Source of the DNA: Octopus vulgaris
Taxonomy: Eukaryota
Length of the DNA stretch: 64,000 nucleotides
Assembly: GCA_951406725.2 (NCBI GenBank)
Contig: OX597816.1
Span: 87,110,001 to 87,174,000 of the forward strand
Direction: 5' to 3'
A program made the position numbers and the translations under genes. Below are positions 53,876 through 64,000 of this stretch, one piece after another (positions within the stretch are counted from its first letter, which is position 1; the number at the start of each line of letters is the position of its first letter). The notes under the pieces are model-generated. The model ran no database searches. It saw nothing but the letters and a program-made list of their open reading frames with translations, and had not been told where the DNA came from.

Positions 53876-54894
53876 TATATATTTTAAGGCTTCCATGACT
53901 TGTAAGAAGTAAGGAGGATGTATCCACAAATAACAGGCCTAACACGAATGATTTTGTTAGGTTGAACTTCTCTAAAAGCACCCGAGAACCAATGGGTGGT
54001 CTAAACCATTTCATTGCGAAATTAAATTTCAGTTTCCAGTAATGATGTTAAATATCTACCAATATTATAGAATTGGAAATTTCAGGATGTCACGTTGCCT
54101 CAGTAAACTTAACATATCACCAGACAAAATAGTTTCAGATATGAGATTTCTCAACAAAATATAGATTTATATACAAAATTGTTTTCTGTAATAAAAGGTT
54201 ATGAAATTGAGAGGATATGTCTGCTTTCTGCAGTAAAATGGTTTACCAGAGAATGAATTAACTTGCCACCTAAGAATTCTGGATGCAGACCACCAGAACG
54301 AGGAATTTCGTCCAACATTCTCACAGTTCCATCGATCTACCACCCTGGATTAGTAGTCTATTTTATTGACTCTGAAATGAAAAGCAAAGTTGTTTTCGGC
54401 AGAATTTAAATTGAGTCTGCAGATAGTTAGATCAAATCAGAAGATAGCCGGATGAAATTCTGCTAGGAATTTTGTCGCATGAACTTAAGTTTCTATTATT
54501 TACCACCTAGATACACGATACATGAAAGAACAAGGGATAGTCACGGCTGGAATACCTTTTATTCATAAATTTTGACCAGGTTTGATAGTGGGGTAAACTA
54601 CAAAAATAAGTTACAAGAAAAGGTTTAGAAAGTCACTCTTCTTGCTAGCCCAAGCTGCTGACAACACCACCTCAAATTAGACTTTAAAGTCTAGGATTTA
54701 GGGGTGATGTATTGACAGAATCAGGGAATCGTCCGTCAAAATAACTTGATGCTTATATGTGAATTATACCAAAAGTAATGTGAGTATATCTTTTCAATAA
54801 ATACACTTCATTCATATATCACGACAGAATATCTCTTTTTCTATAGTAACTCTTTTACCCGCGTTTCTTCATTGCAGATAAATAATGGTTTTAC

Positions 54895-55290
54895 AGGTTC
54901 ACTCCCACTGCGTGGCACCTTAGGCAAGTGTCTTCTACTATAGCTTCGGGCCGACCAAAGCCTTGTGAGTGGATTTGGTAGACGAAAACTGAAAGAAGCC
55001 CGCCTTATATACGTATATATATATATATATGTGTGTATGCGTGAGTGAGTGTGTGTGAGTGTGTGTGTGTGTGTGTGTTTGTGTGTCTGTATTTGTCCCT
55101 CCCCCCAACATCACTTGACAACCGATGCTGGTGTTTTTACGTCCCCGTAACTTAGCGGTTCGACAAAAGATACCAACAGAATAAGTACTAGGCTTACAAA
55201 GAATAAGTCCTGGGGTGGTCGATTTGCTCGACTAAATGCGGTGCTCCAGCATGGCCACAGTCAAATGACTGGAACAAGTAAACAAGTAAA
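54895..55290 (+). mobile_element. tRNA-SINE family B, 5'-truncated
   Basis: Homologous to 28574-28970. Confidence 0.85.
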
Positions 55291-55475
55291 AAAGAGAGAG
55301 TAATGGGTTCCAAGCATAAGCTTGAAACCTCGTGTCTGTCTCAGAATTCTGAGGAGTGGAGGGAAATGTAGATTTTCAAGGCAAATAACATACATTGATT
55401 AGTTTAATCTGTTTATGTTCTGAAATTAATTCTCACGGGAATCATATTTGTTTATTGTTTCCAGCGTGGTCTAAA

Positions 55476-55794
55476 TTAACCCCTTACCCAACAATTATTT
55501 TGAAAATAAATGTATTTTTTCAGACATATTTTTTATTAGTTTCAGTCAATACATGCTCTATAACTCTTTCATCTATATACAAAGAAAAAAATCAAAAGGA
55601 CTCATTGTCACTGCCAGACGTATAAAGTGAGCGAATATACTCGTATATGTCAAAAAAGAGTTTATAATAGACGAAGGAACTCGTTTGCTGTCGATTTTGG
55701 CGAGTCTATCTTTTGACGAGTTAACTCGCCAGAGATAGAAAAAAAACGATTTCGGTCAAAACGCATATATTCGTTTCTGTGGGTAAGGGGTTAA
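55476..55794. mobile_element. piggyBac-like TTAA MITE
   Basis: TTAA-ccccttaccca ... tgggtaagggg-TTAA (11-bp perfect TIR), with internal acgag..ctcgt-type sub-palindromes. Confidence 0.55.
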
Positions 55795-56201
55795 GTAACA
55801 GATTTCCTGAAGCTGATTCAATCTTTTATTAACCTCTATGAATAACTCTCTCGTTCTGCACAAGATGTTTTATAGCCTTTAGCTGCTGGAGAAAAGGACA
55901 ATTTTTGTGCTGATAATGTCTATTGAAGCAGGAACGTGTTCGCGACTCCTGTTATCTCCAAAGAAAATGTTTGCTTTACCCTTAATAGTATGTCAACTTT
56001 CTTGAATTCTTTATTGTTGAGATTATCTTTCCTTTGCCATACAGAGCTATTCTTAATTGTAACTTAGTTATTGTGATTTACTCTTTAGAGCTCTAGAGAA
56101 TTTCAATAGACGAATAATTAATGTTACATGATATTTGATATATTTGTATATGTTGTTCATATACATGTCACTAATCACATCTCTTAGTTTTCACTTAGTT
56201 C

Positions 56202-56274
<73 letters not shown>

Positions 56275-56680
56275 TTAATCCAAATATGAAAACACAAAGA
56301 GAAAACACAACATCGCGAGAACGTGGAACAAATATAGTATTATTGGACGCTCAGGAAGGAAGGGAAGAAGAAGGGTTTGACGTTTCGAGCGGAGCTCTTC
56401 GTCAGAAACATAGGAAAAGGAAAGATCCAGAGAAAAGAAGACGGAGGAAAAAATCGCCAACGGTACACACGCGGTCATATTTTGAATGACCGTGTAACTA
56501 CACACGTACTGTTAGTGATTTAGTTTCCTTCCTTGGACTTTTCCATTTCTCTTCTCCGACGAATTACTATGCTCGAAACATCAAACTCTCTTTTTTTACC
56601 GAGCGTCAAGCTAATGCATTCTTTGTGCACGTTCTCTTGTTGTCCGTTAATTCTATTCGTTTATTTGAATTGACTATATA
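56275..56680. mobile_element. Divergent pair of related PLE pLTR-like arms with outward-facing hammerheads
   Basis: The reverse complement of 56275-56440 aligns loosely with 56520-56680. Central hairpin at 56467-56495; both outer ends meet TA-type microsatellite. Confidence 0.65.
56375..56409 (-). ncRNA. Minimal type I hammerhead ribozyme, core intact
   Basis: GTTT-CTGACGA-A-GAGC-TCC-GCTC-GAAAC-GTC-AAAC: all conserved core bases, 4-bp stems I and II, loop-less ACGT helix III, GUC cleavage triplet. Confidence 0.8.
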
Positions 56681-57036
56681 TGTAACGAATGTATGTATGT
56701 ATGTATGTATGTATATGTGTATGTCACGGAAAGGATCCACAATGGTGATTCCAAGAGAAAAATGGATCTGGTTTCTGAAATTTGCGCCCCAGGGAGAAGG
56801 CTTTTTGGTTATTAATGACCACAATACAAAGTTTCAACGAGAATTAACTCAACTTCCAGATCATTAACATTGAATGTCTTTAGAAGCTACCATCTTTAAC
56901 TCACGATTACCTAAGTATGTGCTCGTTTGTATATGTATGTGTCGCCTCTTATAACTGCCTGTCTGTCTATCTATCTTTTTTTGTCTTTCACGCTTTTCTC
57001 CTCTCTATATATACCACACACTCTCTCATTTCCTCA

Positions 57037-57072
<36 letters not shown>

Positions 57073-57779
57073 TTCTATATATACATATGTGTGTGTGTGT
57101 GTGTGTACCTCTCACACTACTCCCTCCCAATCTCTCTTCATATCACATGTAATGCAAATCAATCACAGGCGATGAGAGGACGATATGTGTATGTGCGTTG
57201 CGGTTATTTATTTACGTCTCTCTATCTGACTGTCTTTTATGATTTTCTCCTTGTAAACTTAACCTCTCTCTATACAAGTTTACCACAATCTCTTTCAACC
57301 TCTCTCAGTATAGGTATATCTCTCACGCTCAGTGTGCGTATGCTTGTATATGTATAGTTGTATGTGTCAGTATGTGCTCATGCATGTGTATGTATATGCA
57401 TGTATGTGTATATGCACACACGTGCATATGCATGTGTGTGTGTGCCAGTACTCATGTACGCACGTGTGCATTTATATATCTATAGGAAGTAGCCTTCTAC
57501 AAACAACTTCAACGACAATTGTGTCCACTACTGCTACACCATTTGGAAATAACAGATCAGAATTTATTTTCCATTCGTACACAACTTAATAATTCATTCT
57601 TATTGGTCAAATGGATTAACTATGTTCATTTCGTAGCGTCCTCACTGTAAAAAAAAAACCAAGCATTGTAATGGAGAGAGGATGAAGGATTGTAATAGGG
57701 CAGGGTGGATCAGGTACATATAGTGAGTCCTCTCACAGAAATTTATAAGGAATTCGTGTAAACATATTTTGTCTTTTAT

Positions 57780-58509
57780 CTTTTACCCGTTTCAGTCATT
57801 ACACTGCGGTCATGCTGGGACACCTCCTTGAAATTTTGGTCGAATGAATAGACACCAGGACTTATTTTTTTAAGGCTGCCACTTATTCTATCGGTGACTT
57901 TTGCCGAACCACTAAGTTACATTGACATAAACACACTAACACCGGTTGCCAAGTGGTGATGGGGAACAAGCACACACACACACACACACACACACATACG
58001 ACAGGCTTCTTTCAGTTTCCGTCTACCAATGCTTTGGTCAACCCGATGCTATTGTAGAACACACTTGCACAAGGTGCAACGCGGTGAGACTGATCCCGGA
58101 TCTACGTGGTTGGGAAGCAAGCTCCTTACCACACAGCCACTCCAGCGCCTATATTAATGCGACCCGAAACAAGTGATACCTTAGTAATGAGTATTGAAAG
58201 ACTGCAGTAATAACACTTTTGCATCCTTTCACTGTTTTGTTCCAATAGAAGATGCGTAAAGTAAAAAAGTAAAGTTCTTTCACGAGTCATGATGATTCAT
58301 AAGGGCCGGTTTCCCAGTTTTCATGGCGTATATAAATTCTCCACCTGGTCTGTCGCAGGATTACTCTTTAACTGCCAACTGGGTGGACTGGAGCAACTTG
58401 AAATGAAGCGTTTTTGCTCAAGAACACAACGCGTCACCAGGCCAACGAATCGAAACCACAATCTTACGATCATGAGTCCAACACCCCAACCACTAAGCCA
58501 CGTGCCTCC
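57780..58509 (-). mobile_element. SINE B (57780-58150) and SINE C (58261-58509)
   Basis: Homology to the other copies. Confidence 0.8.
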
Positions 58510-58859
58510 ATGTAGATGCCTAAAGCGGCAAGGAACTTTAGTAAGACAACAAGATATTACATGTTTCCATTAAAATATACCGAAATCCGTCCTATTCAAG
58601 AAACCTGTCCCGTCGAAGACATGCCTGACATGGGAAAGAAATGGAAGTAAAGGCATTCTGCTGTGAAGAATGCTCGGCAACGACGGGCTACTTTTACTGG
58701 TTTCAGTCAAAGGCTGAGGCTTTACTGGAGTACTGCTTTTCAGTGTTTTGGGGTCTCCTTTCGGCACTGTGTTTGCTGAAGAAGCGAATTGTACGAAGCT
58801 GCTCTTCTTTGTGCCTTCTGCCGCGATGTGGTCTCATCTGGGTTTTCAGACAGAAACTT

Positions 58860-59420
58860 CTCCAGATGCTTTATGAACGTTTCCACATCTATACCTAGCA
58901 GATCTCTTAGGTTCCTTGGCAGGATGTTAAACAGTTGTGGTTTCTTGAAACCCAGTCTGTTACAATACTGGGTCCTTAAGTGAGAGGAAGAAGGCGGTAT
59001 TTTTGGTAGTATGCAATGCCGTCCAGTTCGGTGGTTGGTATAGCTTTTAGTTCCAAATTTGGGAACTAGAACTTTCCAGGATCTGCCATATGTGTATCAC
59101 AGAATACATTTTACGCCTTCTCTCCAGGGAGTGAAGCTTCAGTTCTTGTAGCTTCTCCTAGTAGTTCGTCTGTGTAGTAGCGCTGGATTGCCTCAAGTTC
59201 TGCCGCCAATTTGACGCTCTGTGGCGACCACAGTTGGGCGCAGTGATCCAGACGACTGAGGAAAAATATCCTCCATAAGAGTAGCACTGTATCCTTATTT
59301 CTAATTCTGAATGTTCTAATGATCCAGCCAGCTACTCGCTTTGCCAGTATTGCTATCCTGGCAATATGCACATGCAATGTTGCATCAGTACTCATGTGGA
59401 TTCCCAGGTCACGCACCGAT
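58860..59420 (-). mobile_element. CR1-group LINE post-RT fragment
   Basis: RDLGIHMS...WIIRTF...SRLDHCAQLWSP...LEAIQR, then LFNILPRNLRD. Confidence 0.8.
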
Positions 59421-59474
59421 TCTAGCTCTGAGTATTTAGATTGGTAAATCTAAATTCATCTGCATATAGGGGGA

Positions 59475-59670
59475 AAGGCGATGAGCTGGCAGAATCGTAG
59501 GCACGTGGGAAAAATGCTTCACAGCATTTCTGCCGACTCTTTACGTTTTGTGTTCGAATCCCACTGAGGTCAAATTTCCGTTTCATTCCTTCGAGGGTCC
59601 ATAAAGCACGTACTACTCAAGTGTTGGGAATGATATAATCAACTTGAACTCATTCGAAAATTGCTGGTCT
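59475..59670 (+). mobile_element. tRNA-SINE family A, degenerate
   Basis: aaggcgatgagctggcagaatcg...gttcgaatccc. Confidence 0.75.
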
Positions 59671-59874
59671 TCAACCCTGCAAACGGACCAGCTTCAGATT
59701 CAGGGAGAATGTGGTAACCTCGGTTAATTATACGCCATGGAAGCCTGATAATCAACCTTATGAGTCCTAGGATCCGAGAAAAAGTATATATACAGCTCAA
59801 GATTTAATTACAAGGACTTTTGCTTGGCGCAGAATTTATATACATATGCCATACACGTACAGCTATATCTAGCC

Positions 59875-59932
<58 letters not shown>

Positions 59933-60006
59933 TCAGGGTGAGTACTTGATAATTGTAAGCACCTGTATATACCGTTTGGTGGTGTAGGTGGTGGAGTAAA
60001 TTAATC

Positions 60007-60172
60007 AAAATAAAAACATGATGCCAAGGATTCAGCGGTACATATGTTTCGGGCCTTTATTAGACGGATTTATAACAATGCATTATGCACACATTATGCA
60101 TTGTTATAAATCCGTCTAATAAAGGCCCGAAACATATGTACCGCTGAATCCTTGGCATCATGTTTTTATTTT
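60007..60172. repeat. Near-perfect 166-bp palindrome
   Basis: 77-bp identical arms (60007-60083 and 60096-60172) with a small centre. Confidence 0.95.
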
Positions 60173-60208
<36 letters not shown>

Positions 60209-60501
60209 TCGCTCTTTTCAAGCCTAGCCAGACTCATTGTCCCGGTTTCCCGGTTTCTGTGGCGTATGTGTTCCCCCAGCTGGACGGGACGCCAGTCCAT
60301 CGCAGCGTTACCCAAGAAACAGGAAGAGAGAAAGTTGTGACGAAAGAGTGCAACGGGGGTTTCCACCACCACCTGCCGGAGCCTCGTGGAGCTTTTAGAT
60401 GTTTTCGTTTAATAAACACACACCGCGATCCTCCGATCCTCCGACCGCGAGACGGGTGACCTAACCACTCAGCCATTGCGCCTCCACACACACACACACA
60501 T

Positions 60502-60557
<56 letters not shown>

Positions 60558-60566
60558 GGGTATATA

Positions 60567-60780
60567 TAGGAGGGGTGTTGAAAAGTTCTTGACTTTAAAG
60601 GAATCTCGAAGGATTGGTAAGAGTCCAAACATTACGAGTTGTTTTACAGGGGTTAGAAAAACTGAAGTACCGCTGCAATGTGTGTATCCGAGAGGGAGCA
60701 TGTTGGATAAAATCATAAGTTACTGATCTTCCTGTATGATCTTTTACCCAAAGTCAAGAGCTTTGCAGCACGCCCTCTTA
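60567..60780. mobile_element. Mariner MITE in a (TA)n context
   Basis: Same TIR family as 5275-5497. Confidence 0.8.
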
Positions 60781-60792
60781 TATATATATATG

Positions 60793-60867
<75 letters not shown>

Positions 60868-60868
60868 G

Positions 60869-60941
<73 letters not shown>

Positions 60942-61403
60942 GTAGATAGATAGAGATACATGCATACAACATACATAGATATGTGTATTTGTGTATATAT
61001 ATATGTATATGTGTACATGTATGTATGTATGTATGTATGTATGTATGTATGTATGTATGTATGTATGAGGTTTCTGCTCACCACGCTTCTCTAATAAGGC
61101 ATTGGTCAATCTAAGCTGTAAATCTTTATTTCTATTTTCATTATTAAACATTTTCACACATCTATATCCAATAAATTCTAGAAACATAAAATTTAAATAT
61201 TATTTAAATATAGTATGTAGCAGTTTTTATGTTTTGCGTTGTTTGTTTGTTTTTTTTTTGTCATGTTTTCATTTAATTTTTGCTTCTTTATTTATTTATT
61301 CAAAATATTTATTCATTTTAAGATAGAAACAGAAGTGGAGCAGAAAATCAGAAAAGTTCACTAAAGTCAGACTTGAAACATATGAGATATTCGTAGACAT
61401 CTC

Positions 61404-61523
<120 letters not shown>

Positions 61524-61646
61524 CATATATATATATTTATATATATGTATATATATATATATATGTATATATATATACATATATATATATATGTACATAC
61601 ACACACGCATATATATACATATATATATACATACACACACACACAT

Positions 61647-61703
<57 letters not shown>

Positions 61704-61756
61704 TACACACACATATATATATACATATATATATATACATACACACACACATATAC

Positions 61757-61796
<40 letters not shown>

Positions 61797-62421
61797 TGTT
61801 TTGCTGTTCATGTACATATGTACGTCTACTCCTTTTTTGTTTTTGCTTTTGTTTTTTTTGTTTTTTGTTGGGGTTTTTTTTTTTTGCTTTTTTTGGTCTT
61901 TTGGTTGATGTTGTAATTTTAGACGTAAACATTATCAGACGGTAAATAACAAGCTTACAACAAAAGAAAATAGATTTTATTCTTGCCCGCTTTAGGATAT
62001 ATATTTATGTGTCTATTTAACTATCTCTCGTTCCTTTATATACATACATAGATACAAACACACATACATACATACATACATACATACATACATACATACA
62101 TACATACATACATACATACATTCCTAAATATATAAATATATATATATATGTCTGTGTGTTTGTACATTTTTTTCATGCATAAAACAAATGTCGACTACAT
62201 AACAAGTGTATGTGTACATACGTATTCATATCTTTTTGTTCACAAGAAGACAATTTAAATTTTATCACCATGAGTAAGACTAGAGAGATTGAGAAAATGA
62301 GAAACGGGGAAAGACATGTGTATATATGTTTGTATAAATATATTTCAGTTTGTATATACATATAATATATTTGTAAATATAAATATATTTACATATCTAG
62401 AGAGGAGACAGACAGAGTGAC

Positions 62422-62565
<144 letters not shown>

Positions 62566-62745
62566 GCATACATAGATATACTAAGTTGTCCTAAAACTGA
62601 ATTTAGTAGGGGTTTTTTTTAATATTTTCTTTTAATATACTTCTTTTTTAAATGGTTATCATGTTTATTTCCACTAGAAATATTGCTACAATTTTATTAC
62701 TACACATTTTTTGTGTATGATATCAGTTCAGCTCTGTTGGAAAGA

Positions 62746-62776
<31 letters not shown>

Positions 62777-63316
62777 CATACATACATACATACATACATA
62801 GTGTATGTATGTGTATGTGAGAGAGTGAGAGTGAGAGCTATGAAGAACCCAAGCAATACTAAGAACATATTTCTGTGGTCTATCAATGTTTTAAGGCATT
62901 TCACATTGAAAGAAGACAAATTGATTTCATTGTACCCAATCAGAAACTAGCATAAATAGTATATAACAAATCAAAAAAATTTTTAATCTTTGCTTCAACA
63001 ACAGACCTTAGACTTTCAAGCCATTGGAAAATTTCAAATGACTAACGTAATTTACAAATTTATATGTAAGCATTAAAGTCGTTAGCTACTAAAAACATAC
63101 GCCGATATTTTAGTTATTTTTTGTAGAATGTAAAACACAGATTTATATCGTATACGTACATGTACCTTGCTTTCCCACCAGCTAGTAAGACATCTAATAT
63201 AATGTGATATAGAATAGAATATATTACAGAACGCTACATAAAAATAAACAGAAGAAAACATATACTTAAAGCATGGTGCATTATATAGAATTAAAGAAAA
63301 AATCTTTTATAATGGA

Positions 63317-63713
63317 CTAGCAGTATCGCCCGGCGTTGCTCGGGTTTGTAAGGGAAATAACTATATAAGCAATTTTAGAGATGTAAAGTATAATAGCCAT
63401 CTCAATATGGCTAACCACAAAGGGTGGGGGTGTTACTGTAGCTTTTTACGTTCTGAGATTTAATAATAAATTTTTAGAGAGTTACTTCCCTTATATATGA
63501 CAAAAATGCATTACAAATGGGAAAAATTGATGGTAATTTTTTTTTAAATCGTAGACTCATCGTAGACGCGCGCTAATACCCAGAAGGGCTCGATATGAAT
63601 CACGACTATAAGATACCTGGTTTTGGTTAAACTGCACCGCAAAATGTGGGAGTAGTTAGGAATCTAAATCGTAGGAGACAGACAGCACACAACCTCAATT
63701 TTATATATAAAGA
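63317..63713 (-). mobile_element. Non-autonomous Helitron (397 bp)
   Basis: Minus strand: 5' TC, 3' CTAG, inserted between A and T, no TSD. GC hairpin cccgagcaacgccggg lies about 12 nt from the 3' end. Confidence 0.85.
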
Positions 63714-64000
63714 TATACAAATTTGCAGACAATACTTTGGTGTGGTCATCCTTGTAATGGCTAAAAGAAACTAAAGAACAAGTATCCCATGTTCTCTTCC
63801 GGCTGACAGTGAATATACTACAAGGTGCCATTCGAATAAAAAAGCATATTTATCGTAGAACGTAATGAAACACTTATTCATCGTGAAGAGAGCTTTCCAA
63901 GGTTTCGACGAAGAACGTTCCGTTAAACCTTCATTGAGAAAATGAATTCTGAAAACAATGTGTAAAAGGGTGAGTATTCTACAGGATGAGCAGCCTTGAC

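Overview
AT-rich, repeat-saturated eukaryotic DNA. It is most likely an octopus (coleoid cephalopod) intron or intergenic region; this is inferred from the tRNA-SINE families and the very dense (TA)n/(TATG)n/(GATA)n/(AAT)n tracts. No host gene can be called with confidence, and almost all ORF-track entries are microsatellite artefacts. The only long intact ORF is a 5'-truncated CR1-clade LINE reverse transcriptase (35305-36819). The rest is a mosaic of about 35 tRNA-derived SINE copies (3-4 families), decayed Penelope-like element (PLE) RT/GIY-YIG remnants, R4/Dong-type and CR1 LINE fragments, a Tx1/L1-type ORF1 remnant, mariner and Tc1 transposase fragments, a four-copy mariner MITE, two short Helitrons and a TTAA MITE. 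The most interesting signal is a set of minimal hammerhead-ribozyme motifs. Several of them sit as outward-facing pairs in short non-coding fold-back elements (42832-43420, 56275-56680, and possibly the palindromes at 60007-60172 and 20099-20554). Also notable are retroelement 3' ends that each associate with a particular microsatellite, and SINE dimers with a fixed junction. All family assignments are by eye from motifs; no database search was run.
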